This document shows, piece after piece, positions 49,219-59,460 of a stretch of 64,000 nt of DNA. The notes beneath the pieces are model-generated. The model was not told the DNA's origin. It did not search any database and saw only the letters and a program-made list of their open reading frames with translations. A program made the position numbers and the translations under genes. How positions within the stretch are numbered: position 1 is the stretch's first letter; every line of letters begins with the position of its first letter. Origin of the DNA: Spirochaetia bacterium (GTDB lineage: Bacteria > Spirochaetota > Spirochaetia > DSM-2461); the NCBI GenBank assembly GCA_963668315.1, contig OY764216.1:4416001-4480000 (forward strand). The letters run 5' to 3'.

Positions 49219-51273
49219 ATGACCCAATTGAAAAAGAAACATTCTCGATTCAGAGGTACGACGGTTCTGCTAATTACGCTCCTAGCAGCCCTGGCAAGCG
49301 GTTGCCCGGACGGTACGACCAACAGCCCGGTTAGGGAGACCTACACGGTCAGCTATGACGGCAATGGTGCCGTCACCGGTTCGGTTCCGGTTGACACTGC
49401 ACTCTATGGGGAAGGTGATTCCGTTACGGTACTGGACAATACCGGCAACCTTGGAAAAACCGATTTTTCCTTCACAGGCTGGAATACGGCGGCTGACGGC
49501 AGCGGCACGGCCTACTCTGCCGGAAGTACGTTTGCTATGGAAGCCGCCGATACGACGCTCTACGCCCAGTGGCTGTCGCAAAAAGTCACACTGGCCATAT
49601 CGATTCCTGCAGAAAACGGCTATACCAGGGAGCAGACGTTTACGGTCAGTTTCCTTTTCAATAAGGATGTGACCGGTTTTGACAGCAGTGATATAATCAT
49701 ATCGAACGGCACCCTCTCCGGCTTAACGGGAAGCGGAAAAACCTATTCAGCCACAGTTACAGCAGATGCTGAAGGCGCCGTTGTTATTACAGCAGCGGAT
49801 AAGGCGGCCACCGCCGACAACGGCTACAGCTCGGAGCTTACCGCTTATACCGTCCATTACGACATAACAGCACCTGCCACAGTGACTCCGGTGATTACCG
49901 CCATAGGCGGCGGAAAACTGACCATGATTTGGAATGAACCAACCGATGATCCCAGTTTTGACCACGTCCTTGTCAGTTATGATGACAGTCCTCAGGTAAA
50001 GGTCGATAAGGGAACTACCTCCTATACCTTCAGCGGCCTTTCAATAGGAGAATCCTATTGTCCGCTGATCTATACGGTAGACGCCGCGGGCAATACAACC
50101 GAATACCCCGGTGAGGGTTTAAGCGAGTATATGGAAGATGATGTTTTCAGAACCCTTTACCATGTGAAGAACGCATCTGATCTTACGGCAATGGCTAATG
50201 ATCTGAACGGGTACTACATCATTAATAATACTATCGATCTTCAGGATATCTCCAGCTGGACACCGATCGGCACAGAAAGTGCCCCCTTTACCGGTATTAT
50301 TTCAGGAGGAAACAGTAGCTGGAGCAGCAGACGTATCACGAATATGAAGGTATCGGCCGGAAACTACAGAGGCCTTCTGGGTTATGCGTCTTCTGCCTAT
50401 ATACACAATATTGAACTCCGAACCTCCAGTATAGCCGTTGCAGACGGGAATCAGTACTGCGGACTTCTGGCAGGGTATATGAAGAACTCCAGGGTTATAG
50501 ACACATGGATAGAAGGCAGCGTAGGTTCCGGCAACTACGGCTCCTATATAGGAGGGGTGGCCGGCTTTATCTCTGGTACTACAATAGATACCTGTACAGC
50601 TTTTATCGATGTAAAAGGAAATCAGTACTGTGGAGGAATTACCGGGGCTACAGAAGGCAATTCAGCAGTAAATCTGGCCGGTGTAATCAGCAGCAGCTCT
50701 CCAGGTCTTTCCGGAGCAGTGGGCATAGCCGGCCTTGTAGGACTTGCAGGAAGCGGTACTCTGGCAATAAGCGAATCTTATATATATATGAATATTTCTT
50801 CAGCATCTGAAGCCGCAGAGAAAAAATATGCGGCAGGCTTATGCGCAATAAATGAAGGCAGTCTGATAATTCACGACTGTTTTGCAATGGGAAACGTAAG
50901 CAATACAGGGGGCAGCTATACCGGAGGTCTGATTGGATACGGCAGCGGTTCGGTGACCTGTACAAACTCATATTGCGACGGAGTAATTACCGGCGGCACT
51001 GGTACAGGTGGATTATACGGATATATCGAAGGTCCTGCAGTAACATCAGGATGCTTCTTCTCTCCAAGAACAGGACAGACATCTGTAAAGGGAGATATCA
51101 ACGGCGATGGAGTAGCCGACGGTAACGGCGAAGGCGAACTATATGACAGCAGCTACCCCGGCTACACCGGCTCAATGAATGGTATTGTCGCTGCAGGAGG
51201 CTGGAGCACTGATATCTGGAATGACAGCGTCTTCAGTTCTCCATTATTGAATAATAATATAATTCCATTTTAA
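49219..51273 (+). CDS. Surface lipoprotein with InlB B-repeat, Ig-like, FN3-like and GLUG-type repeats
   Basis: ATG at 49219 after AAGGAG; lipobox LASGC; YTVSYDGNG...FTGWNTAADGSG...LYAQW; VTGFDSSDI; WTPIG, IGGVAG, TGGLIG. Confidence 0.85.
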   Translation: MTQLKKKHSRFRGTTVLLITLLAALASGCPDGTTNSPVRETYTVSYDGNGAVTGSVPVDTALYGEGDSVTVLDNTGNLGKTDFSFTGWNTAADGSGTAYSAGSTFAMEAADTTLYAQWLSQKVTLAISIPAENGYTREQTFTVSFLFNKDVTGFDSSDIIISNGTLSGLTGSGKTYSATVTADAEGAVVITAADKAATADNGYSSELTAYTVHYDITAPATVTPVITAIGGGKLTMIWNEPTDDPSFDHVLVSYDDSPQVKVDKGTTSYTFSGLSIGESYCPLIYTVDAAGNTTEYPGEGLSEYMEDDVFRTLYHVKNASDLTAMANDLNGYYIINNTIDLQDISSWTPIGTESAPFTGIISGGNSSWSSRRITNMKVSAGNYRGLLGYASSAYIHNIELRTSSIAVADGNQYCGLLAGYMKNSRVIDTWIEGSVGSGNYGSYIGGVAGFISGTTIDTCTAFIDVKGNQYCGGITGATEGNSAVNLAGVISSSSPGLSGAVGIAGLVGLAGSGTLAISESYIYMNISSASEAAEKKYAAGLCAINEGSLIIHDCFAMGNVSNTGGSYTGGLIGYGSGSVTCTNSYCDGVITGGTGTGGLYGYIEGPAVTSGCFFSPRTGQTSVKGDINGDGVADGNGEGELYDSSYPGYTGSMNGIVAAGGWSTDIWNDSVFSSPLLNNNIIPF

Positions 51274-51297
51274 GCTAAGAATATCTCTGTTTAACAC

Positions 51298-51334
51298 GGC
51301 CGACCCGGAGTAATTCCCGGTTCGGCCTTTTTTT
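51298..51334 (+). terminator. Rho-independent terminator
   Basis: GGCCGACCCGG...CCGGTTCGGCC stem followed by T7. Confidence 0.8.
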
Positions 51335-51393
51335 AATGCTGGTCAATATTTTACGAATTCAATATAATCTTACTGCATAAAGGCAGCAGGATT

Positions 51394-51686
51394 ATGTTAG
51401 ATTTAAGTACCAGGTTCAGTTATTTTCTCAGTTTCTTCATTGCCGCCGGCGGGATGTTCTCGGTGATTGCGTCCGTGATGCTGATCATCGTGATCCGTGA
51501 GAAAAAACTGATCCATTATCTGCAGGCGGGCTTTTTCTTTATATTCGGATTCTGTATCCTCTGCGACCCCTATTACCGTCTCGGAACCGAGAACCTTGCC
51601 CCTCACCTGCTGTACATCAACTACCCTATCGTAATGCTTATAGGCCCGCTTTTCTTTCTCTACTTTAAAAGCCTCTTTGACCGGAG
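51394..51686 (+). pseudogene. Membrane-anchored AraC regulator, 5' part (interrupted by transposon)
   Basis: Hydrophobic N-terminus ...GPLFFLYFKSLFDR ends at the CGGAG target duplication; in frame with the 3' part once the element is removed. Confidence 0.85.
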
Positions 51687-51778
51687 TGTTGAATCACACA
51701 TTATCCTGACCAAAACTTCCAGATTATTCTGGAATCCAAATTATTTTAACAGCTTCCCCGAAAGGGAAGCCATAAATC

Positions 51779-52084
51779 TTAGAACGGCAAACTTAACTGT
51801 CCGTCAAAATCCGCATCAGGATCAAGAGAAAGTTCATCCCACTCCTTCTCAAGTATCTCCTCAATTACCGGTACAGAGACCTTTCCATAATAGAGAGCTC
51901 TCTCACAGGCTGCCTCCATTCTCACCGGCGAGACCTTAAACGTCAGATCCAAAAACCGACTGACCTCTTCATATTTCTCATGGCACCACCTACCCCACAA
52001 CATATAGGCTACCTGCCTGGTTTTCTCCATGAAAAGATAAGTTTCAGGAGGAGTAAAGCGAAAAAAAGTTTTCCCATTATCCAT
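51779..52084 (-). CDS. Transposon ORF4, resembles the IS21 IstA C-terminal helical segment
   Basis: RMEAACERALYYGKVSVPVIEEILEKEWD; CAGGAGG SD upstream; lies inside the element ends. Confidence 0.65.
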   Translation of the reverse strand: MDNGKTFFRFTPPETYLFMEKTRQVAYMLWGRWCHEKYEEVSRFLDLTFKVSPVRMEAACERALYYGKVSVPVIEEILEKEWDELSLDPDADFDGQLSLPF

Positions 52085-52098
52085 ACGGCTTCCTCCTG

Positions 52099-52902
52099 TT
52101 AGATGATTTCGGTCTGAGCGATGCGAACATGTTCCGCGGAAACGAGCTGACTTTTTTCTTTCGCCGCCGCCATCATAGCTCCCCTGGCGATGGTGTTAGC
52201 CCGTCTTAGAAGTCCTCCCGATGTTTGATGGATAGCAAGAATGGCTTCATCTGCGAATAGGGGCTTCTCCATCCCGGCCAGATGAAGATGATGTTCCAGG
52301 TATCCTTTCATATGCTTCAGATTCAGACTGTCCAAATGGGAGCGCCCCACGATACGCGATGCCAGGGGTTTGGCGGAAATAGCCATGAGTTTGTCTATGA
52401 GCCCGTCCTGCCCGCAGAGAATTATGGGCATAATCGGGTTTGAATCAAAATCAAACTGACAGAGAGTATGAAGCTGGTTGAAGACCTTGGACTTAAGAAG
52501 ATGGGCTTCATCTATAACGAGAATGGGGACTTTTTTCTTTGAAGCAATGTCTTTTATGATATCCCGGACATTTTTCATCGCGATAGCCAGCTGAAATGAA
52601 CGGTACTCCTCCCCAAACTCCATAAGAAACTGCCGTAAAAGCTCCATCATACTGCCCGATGTAGCGACCAGCGAGATAATCTTGTACTTCCCCGGGTGGA
52701 ACTTACTACACGCCAATCTCAGAGATGTGGATTTCCCGGATCCTACTTCCCCAGTGATGAGAGAGATAGCTCCCAGCTTTACGGCGTATTCAAATCTGTC
52801 CAAAAGGGGCGGTAGTCCAGGCAGCATATAGAGATCATCCAATTTGATTTTCTGAGAATAGGGCTCCTGTGTTAATCCGTAAAAATGCTTTATATCAATC
52901 AT
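52099..52902 (-). CDS. ExeA/GspA-like AAA+ ATPase (transposition helper)
   Basis: HFYGL..EPY, Walker A GEVGSGKS, Walker B ILVIDEAH, IILCGQ; overlaps the transposase stop. Confidence 0.9.
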   Translation of the reverse strand: MIDIKHFYGLTQEPYSQKIKLDDLYMLPGLPPLLDRFEYAVKLGAISLITGEVGSGKSTSLRLACSKFHPGKYKIISLVATSGSMMELLRQFLMEFGEEYRSFQLAIAMKNVRDIIKDIASKKKVPILVIDEAHLLKSKVFNQLHTLCQFDFDSNPIMPIILCGQDGLIDKLMAISAKPLASRIVGRSHLDSLNLKHMKGYLEHHLHLAGMEKPLFADEAILAIHQTSGGLLRRANTIARGAMMAAAKEKSQLVSAEHVRIAQTEII

Positions 52903-54184
52903 CGTTTTCTTCCTCCGAGAATAGTTGTCCGCCGCTATAGGGATTGGAATTCAGATCAGCTTGAATCTCTGAACGTTTGACCTGGCTATTGATATGCACG
53001 TCCATAGGTTTAAGAAATCCTCTGGATTTATCGGCAATAAAGATTTCTACCCGGCTCATATCCGATTCATCGTAAGAGAGGTAGACCTTCTGCCCTGCCA
53101 GACCGATGGGTGCCTGGTATAGTTTTCCCTCGATACTGACCGATCTGTCATTGGTTACCGTTCTGAGCAGTCTCTTACGAAAATAATCATTCAGATTCTC
53201 CGGAGCCGATCGAAGAAGGGTTAGTGATTTCAAATAACGGTCCAGAGGTTTCTCCCGGATTGAAGAGTGTTTCCTAATATGATAATTCTCATCAATGAAA
53301 GCAGCGAGATGCCCGTTCAATTCCTCCAATGTCAGTTCTTCCGGAAGGGCTTGAAGAACCTCCATCCTGACCGTCCTGTTAAATCTTTCGATTTTCCCTT
53401 TCCCTTGAGGGCGGTAGGGCTTCGCATACGTCAGAACAATCCCCAGAGAAGCGCAACCGTATTGAAGCTTATGGGATTTGAAATAAGCGCCGTTGTCCGT
53501 GTAGAGTTTACGGGGAAGGCCACGCTTAACCAGGGCTTTCTTCATACAGTCGATAAAATTGTCCACATTCTCCCGTAGATAGAACTGGGCATGGGGAATA
53601 AGACGGGAATGATCGTCGATGATGGCGAACATATAGGATTTTCTACGGCGGCCCTCATGAATGACATAAGGACCGTGCATACAGTCCGATTGCCAGAGGT
53701 CATTGGGAAACTCCACTTCGAACTTCAACATATCTTCCTTCTGCTTCCTCTCCTTACCCAGTCCATGTTTTTTCAGAATTCTATAGATGGATTGGGAGGA
53801 GGCGTTGAAGTCGGGAGGAAGTACATTTCTTTGCCGGGCCAGCCTCATCAAGACGGGAACGGATGCCTTCATAAAATCCTTTCTCAGATTAATGAAGGCC
53901 AGTTCTGTTTCCCTGTCCATAATGCGGCATCCGCCCTGGTCCCCCCGGCTTTTGGGATGCAGACTCTCTATTTGCCGACCGCTGGATTCATACTTTCTGA
54001 GCCAACTGAGGATAGTCGCGCGGCTGATATAGGTACGGGTGGAAAAAGGGATATTCCACTCCCTAGCCGTCAATTTATCAAGGACATCCCTTTGCATACC
54101 CCAATCTTCTCTGCTCAGATCCAGTAAAGGATAGATCACAGAAAACCGGAAGGCGGCTACTTTTTCTCGTTCTTCTTTGGTCAT
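52895..54184 (-). CDS. DDE transposase (rve core, N-terminal HTH, Mu-like C-terminal domain)
   Basis: LWQSD, IIDDHSR, LYTDNG, PYRPQGKGKIERF, RTVTNDRSVSIEG. Confidence 0.93.
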   Translation of the reverse strand: MTKEEREKVAAFRFSVIYPLLDLSREDWGMQRDVLDKLTAREWNIPFSTRTYISRATILSWLRKYESSGRQIESLHPKSRGDQGGCRIMDRETELAFINLRKDFMKASVPVLMRLARQRNVLPPDFNASSQSIYRILKKHGLGKERKQKEDMLKFEVEFPNDLWQSDCMHGPYVIHEGRRRKSYMFAIIDDHSRLIPHAQFYLRENVDNFIDCMKKALVKRGLPRKLYTDNGAYFKSHKLQYGCASLGIVLTYAKPYRPQGKGKIERFNRTVRMEVLQALPEELTLEELNGHLAAFIDENYHIRKHSSIREKPLDRYLKSLTLLRSAPENLNDYFRKRLLRTVTNDRSVSIEGKLYQAPIGLAGQKVYLSYDESDMSRVEIFIADKSRGFLKPMDVHINSQVKRSEIQADLNSNPYSGGQLFSEEENDD

Positions 54185-54212
54185 AAAACCTCCTAAAACG
54201 TTTTATTTCCAT

Positions 54213-54701
54213 TTAAGGCGGTATTTTATTAGTTGTCACTGCAAAGCTAAGGTAGGTCATGCAGAGAGCTACCGATTTCACATCATGATTTATCGAATGT
54301 GAGGGGAAGCAGAACCGATTCTGAACGCTGTCTGAAAGGAAAAGGGAGAGATCAAAATTCAGTCCCTGAATAGCAGCTTGTTTCATCAGTCCCCGATACC
54401 AGTATTGCTGCCTTTGACGGCTGAAGGATGTGAACCAGGTATGGGATTCTAACTTATGAGAAAGGCTTCGATAAATTTCTGTAGCGGTTGATTGAAACCT
54501 GGGGAAATATGCAACAGGCCTGGCCGTATGTACCGCTCCGCACTCGGGACAGCGGAATCTTTTGAGGTAGAGTCCTTCCGGAAATTCGTCGAAATAACGC
54601 AGTACATAACCATGCCCCCAGATCCTGAAACTTTGGCAGGAAGGACATCTTCTTGGTTTCCTCCAGACATAATTCTTATGTTTCTCTTTAAGGACAGCCA
54701 A
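54213..54701 (-). CDS. Transposon ORF1, zinc-ribbon protein (DUF6431-like)
   Basis: CPSC...WGHGY..RY...RFRCPECG; first ORF of the element; start codon uncertain. Confidence 0.75.
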   Translation of the reverse strand: MAVLKEKHKNYVWRKPRRCPSCQSFRIWGHGYVLRYFDEFPEGLYLKRFRCPECGAVHTARPVAYFPRFQSTATEIYRSLSHKLESHTWFTSFSRQRQQYWYRGLMKQAAIQGLNFDLSLFLSDSVQNRFCFPSHSINHDVKSVALCMTYLSFAVTTNKIPP

Positions 54702-54873
54702 ATCCGTCCGAAAATAAATTATGATTTATGGGTTGGGATAGCCGTTCTTGCAGGAACAATAGGCTATCCCTTTTTTATCGATAATTTATTTTGTGAAAAT
54801 GAAGTATAAAAATATTTTATTGTGGAATATTGATAGAATAATCTGATAGATTAATGTTGGATTCTACACGGAG

Positions 54874-55666
54874 ATTCAAAATAACGCGAAGGCACCTTCT
54901 GTTTCTGCTTCCGACGCTGATTACAGCCATAGCGTTCATTCCCTACTACATACTTCCCGTAGGGACAAAGCTTGCATTATTTCCTATAGAACAGCAACCG
55001 AAGGGCTACTTCAGAACGATAGGTGTAATATCCGGATATGTCTTATTCCCGTGGAATGCGCTCTGCTGCGTCTTTTCCATCAAAGACAGCCTCAGTATTC
55101 TCGGGAAAAAAAATAAAACCTTCTGGATCACATTCATCTTTATCATCGCCGTGGTAGCAGCATCAATCTTCTTAAGCTGGGTAGACACCCGTGAAAATAT
55201 GTTCTTCTATAAAACAGCTATTGTCATAATGACTTTTCTGGTCATAGTTCTTGCCGTCATTACAGCGTCCGACCCGAGTTTTTACATCCGCATAAGAATG
55301 CAGACCAGCGTCGCGAAATACACCCGTTCTAAGCTTGCGAGCTTGAATGTGGAAGCCCTGATCTCACACATAGATGATCTCATGGACTTTGAACACCTCT
55401 ACCGTGATTCGGAACTCAGCCTTTCGGCTCTCAGTGAAAGGCTGGAGATAAGCCCGCATCAGCTATCTGAAATTATCAATTCCCATTTTGGAAAAAACTT
55501 CAACAGCTATATAAACGACTTCAGGATCGAAGCCGCCAAGAAGATGCTCATGACGGAAACCGGGTCCAGTATCCTCTCTATCGGTCTCGCCTGCGGATTT
55601 AATTCAAAGTCCAATTTCAACTATGTATTCCAGAAATCCGTCGGGATGACTCCCACGGCATATTGA
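54874..55666 (+). pseudogene. Membrane-anchored AraC regulator, 3' part
   Basis: TM helices then KYTRSKL, LYRDSELSL, HQLSEIIN, NFNSYINDFRI, GFNSKSNFN. Confidence 0.88.
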
Positions 55667-55941
55667 ACAGCACATTAATCCGGAACTTATTATAGTGAGC
55701 CCTCCAGTCAATACACCCCTATGCTGCCATTAAGCTCTGGCTATAATGGTATATCCTATCCGGTGATTTTCCTCCCGGACTCTGATGGGGACGTTAGGAG
55801 TGGGAGAACTTGATATACTTCTTAATCCTTTAACATTTATGCCAATCTTAATCGTTTCGTGCTCCGGGGAAAAGTGAAATCCCGGCTGGGAAATGGACTC
55901 CTCTGGTCTGAATTGAAGATTTCAAAGACCCCGTATTTCAT

Positions 55942-57077
55942 CTACATTTTCGGTGCAATTTTTTTGCAGAAAAACAGCAGAATCGATGAAATAAACATGG
56001 CGATAAGGAAGGGGGTTCTCACACTCTGCCCGGGAATGAAATGGGACAGAGAGTCGATGATAATGGGCGAAGCAAATTGCCCGAAAAACATGACAGCGGT
56101 CATTAAAGCCATGGCTGAACCGGATTTTTCTTTTTTAATGGACATAGCCAGATTCGAATTGATCAAGGGAAAAAGTAAACCCAGAGAAAAACCGATCAGT
56201 GCGACACCTACAATAAGAAAGGGGATGGTATGTCCGGTGAATAGGGCAAAATAACCAATCACATAGGAAGCTACGGCAACCAGAGGGGATAATGATTTAA
56301 AGACTTTAAGTATCCTCACCAGAACCACTCCGGTAAAAAAACGACGGCAGCGGCCTGAAACGCCATGATGGAGCCAATCATAGATGTGGGCAGTAAATTC
56401 TCCTGTGCGCAGACAAGGGAGAAATTAGAGGTAAGAGCATAGAAAACAACCTGGGTAATAAACATGGCTCCATAAAGAGGCCATAATGTTTTTACATCAT
56501 TTCCCTTGAGCTTATTCTCTTTTGCGTTCTCTATTTTTACATTGGGAAGAAAAATCAAAACCATGAGAAATACGGGTAACCCGATAAGGTAAACAAGGAA
56601 GCTGCAGCGCCAATTAATAACCACAAGCACGCTGGAAAAGATCATGGCCAGAACCGCTCCCAGATTATTCATACTGGAGGAGTATCCCATTAATGTTACC
56701 TGTTCCGACTTGTCGAATGAATAAGAGATAAGGCTGGTACACAAAGGCATAAGTAAGCCGGTTCCCAATCCTAAAATAAAGCGAAACAGCAGTAGCTCAT
56801 AAATGTTCTGAGCCAGTCCCGCACAGGCTCCGCCCGCGATATATAAGAGAAGTCCGGTTACCGCGATAATTCGGGAAGAGAATCTGACCGAGAAGACTCC
56901 ATAAAGCAGAAAGGCCATCATAATGGCTAAAGAGGGAAGCGTGATAATCTGCTTGACCAGAAAAGGATCGGCCTCTGTAAAATAAGCGCCGATCGCTCCC
57001 AGGGTAGGAGAAACCGCGGCTCCGGCCATTACGGTTATCAAAGATAAGGACAGTATGGTTGTTTTTAATTTATTCAT
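55942..57077 (-). pseudogene. MFS transporter, frameshifted at a T7 homopolymer
   Basis: Two overlapping ORFs (56316-57077, 55942-56328) form one MFS protein; the break lies at A7 (56335-56341). Confidence 0.8.
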
Positions 57078-57518
57078 TTAATTACCTTCTGAATTGTTTT
57101 TTGCATTTCTTGACATTTGCTGAAGCTGATATAAGAATTGTCTTGAATCCTTGTCGTCCATATCTGCCGTTATCATTTCCGTCCAGGTATTCAGAATCTT
57201 TATGATCTTAGGTTGTGTTTCCCGCCCTTTGGCCGTAAGAAAAACTTTGACAGCCCGACGATCGGTTTCATCCTTTTCCCTATAGATAAATCCTTTCTGT
57301 TCGAGATTCTTCAAAATACGAGTTGTCAATCCGTTATCAATATGAAGGGAATCGGATAGAGATTTTTGATTCACCCCTTCCTGCTCACTTAAATTGACAA
57401 TATAGATATACTCAGAACCATTCAGTCCTAAAGGTTTAAATTCCCTATTGAAATAGATTTGAGCTTGTCTGTGGAGGATAGAAATCCACTTTCCTATACT
57501 TGGATCTTCTCGTTTCAT
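57078..57518 (-). CDS. MarR-family regulator
   Basis: IGKWISILHR, NQKSL, LEQKGFIYR, DRRA..VFLTAKG; ATG at 57518 with GAGGGG upstream. Confidence 0.92.
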   Translation of the reverse strand: MKREDPSIGKWISILHRQAQIYFNREFKPLGLNGSEYIYIVNLSEQEGVNQKSLSDSLHIDNGLTTRILKNLEQKGFIYREKDETDRRAVKVFLTAKGRETQPKIIKILNTWTEMITADMDDKDSRQFLYQLQQMSRNAKNNSEGN

Positions 57519-57551
57519 GTTTTTATCCCCTCTCATAACGACACTGGCTTC

Positions 57552-57613
57552 TAATTGACTTATCAACTATTTTGCTGCGCCATCTTAGGTAGTTATAATT
57601 GATATGTCAACTA
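57552..57613. promoter_or_regulatory. Two candidate MarR operators
   Basis: TAATTGACTTATCAACTA (57552-57569) and TAATTGATATGTCAACTA (57596-57613), near-palindromic and similar to each other. Confidence 0.7.
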
Positions 57614-57813
57614 TATTAGAGACGTAGAAGCCCTTCAAGGGAAATGGAAGGGACAGAATTCATGTCAACAATTTTATACATTGCGGATTCCACCATCAAT
57701 CCATAGAAAAAAGAAAAGAATAAAATGAATGACACCATCAAAATATGGATGTATGCTGAAAGGACTAAGCAGTAATCCTATGAGAGGTCGAATTTTAGAT
57801 TAAGTCCTAAGTT

Positions 57814-59460
57814 ATGAATTATCAAACTAAATTGCGAAAAGAATTTATGAGTTTCTCCATTAAACTGATTCTTGTAGTTGCTTTTCTCTTTGCATCAGTA
57901 ACGGTGACGGTCAATTTAGTGAATAACAATATGAATAAAAATCATAGCCTTGCCCAGGTAAACAGATCTTTTTTAGATTTAAATGATAAAATAGCTTCGC
58001 AAATCGCATCGCATAACTCTGATAATGAGTATTTACAGGCGATACAGGAAAATCGTGTCAACAGAAAACTTGTTTCAAGCACGGACTATTCGTTTTCGCG
58101 AAAGATAAATATCCGGTATGATTATGATATTTACGATTTGAACATAAATCCGATATATCAGGAATCATATCATTTGCCACCGCGATATGAGATTTATCTG
58201 AGCATAATAAAAGATAGAGTGGTGGAGAATGTACCAGTAAAGTATATTTTGTATCCGAATTTCAGCACCCATACGGCAAGTTTAATCTATTATGGCGGAT
58301 TATATAAAGATACGAAGCTCATTGGCATTGATATGTACTCAATAGATATAAGCGACCTTGTTTACGTTTTATTGCCAAATAACGGGGATTATATCATTAC
58401 CGATCGTTTTGACAGCATAATCGCCACAAATAATTATAAAATATTAGATGACAGTCTTAACTTTACATATGCTAAAAACTATAAAATTGATGATACCCTT
58501 TATCATGTAACCAGTTTTAAACAGGAATATTATTCCATTTATTGTCTTGAAAAAAATATCAGTTTAAGAAAATCTTACTTGTTAGCATTCTCGATGCTGT
58601 TTGTCATATTGCTTGTTGTTGTCGTTTTCTCTAATAAAAGTGTGAATAGACTTGCGAAAAAAAATTCACAAAGCATAGAATCAATCATTACCGATGTCAA
58701 TATTGTTTCAAATGGCAATCTGCATCACAGGATTTCTGAAAATATCGAGGGTGATTTTAAAGATCTCGCTAAAAACATCAATAAAATGCTGAGAAAATTA
58801 AATAGAGAAATCAGACTGAATAAAGAGTTAAGCGAGACGAATATCATCTTTGAAAAAAGAAAGCTGGATGCACAATTCAATCCTCATTTTCTATACAATT
58901 CGCTGGAGACAATCCGCTATTCCATGCAGTACGATATAAAAGGGACGGAAAAATACATTCTCGATCTAAATGAGATTTTGCGATATTCCATATCAAATGA
59001 CATCAGCTATTCTTCAGTTAAGGACGATCTAGCCTATATAAGCAAATATCTGGAATTATACAAATATAGATTCACAGACAAATTAACCTATTCAATTCAC
59101 ATTTCCGACGCCATGAAAGACGTTTTAATTCCTAAATTGGCAATTCAGCCCTTAATCGGCAATAGTCTGAAGTCAGGATTCAGCAGCAGCCTTTATGTAA
59201 ATATCGATGTATCAGCAGATAAGGTGGACAATGTCTGTTATATCAGAGTAAGGGATAATGGAGTGGGCTTAACCGAAGACGTGATTAAAGAAATCAATGA
59301 AATTTGTAAGAATAAAAGCAATCGGACTAACCATATTGGCATTCATAATGTTTTACGCCGATTTATGATCCTGTATCACGATGCGAAGCTGAATGTCCGG
59401 CAGGATAGGGATTCGACCCTATTTGAGCTGAGTTTTAGAGAAGTTGATAGAAATGTTTAA
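57814..59460 (+). CDS. YesM-like sensor histidine kinase
   Basis: Two TM segments, HAMP, AQFNPHFLYNSLE, IPKLAIQPL, VRDNGVG, HIGIHNV. Confidence 0.9.
   Translation: MNYQTKLRKEFMSFSIKLILVVAFLFASVTVTVNLVNNNMNKNHSLAQVNRSFLDLNDKIASQIASHNSDNEYLQAIQENRVNRKLVSSTDYSFSRKINIRYDYDIYDLNINPIYQESYHLPPRYEIYLSIIKDRVVENVPVKYILYPNFSTHTASLIYYGGLYKDTKLIGIDMYSIDISDLVYVLLPNNGDYIITDRFDSIIATNNYKILDDSLNFTYAKNYKIDDTLYHVTSFKQEYYSIYCLEKNISLRKSYLLAFSMLFVILLVVVVFSNKSVNRLAKKNSQSIESIITDVNIVSNGNLHHRISENIEGDFKDLAKNINKMLRKLNREIRLNKELSETNIIFEKRKLDAQFNPHFLYNSLETIRYSMQYDIKGTEKYILDLNEILRYSISNDISYSSVKDDLAYISKYLELYKYRFTDKLTYSIHISDAMKDVLIPKLAIQPLIGNSLKSGFSSSLYVNIDVSADKVDNVCYIRVRDNGVGLTEDVIKEINEICKNKSNRTNHIGIHNVLRRFMILYHDAKLNVRQDRDSTLFELSFREVDRNV

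Larger units (their letters stand above)
51687..54868 (-). mobile_element. 3,182-bp four-ORF DDE transposon (rve/Mu-like transposase plus ExeA-like AAA ATPase)
   Basis: Ends TGTTGAATCACACATTA and (reverse complement) TGTAGAATCCAACATTA match 14/17; CGGAG direct repeat at 51682-51686 and 54869-54873; removal restores the host ORF. Confidence 0.92.

Noticed and set aside
51394..51939. 181-aa ORF as an independent gene
   Set aside because: It is the araC 5' fragment reading through into the transposon end.
55661..55678. Possible premature stop at the araC end (TAT TGA ACA GCA CAT TAA)
   Set aside because: A CGA-to-TGA change would remove only four residues; cannot be told from a natural end without orthologs.
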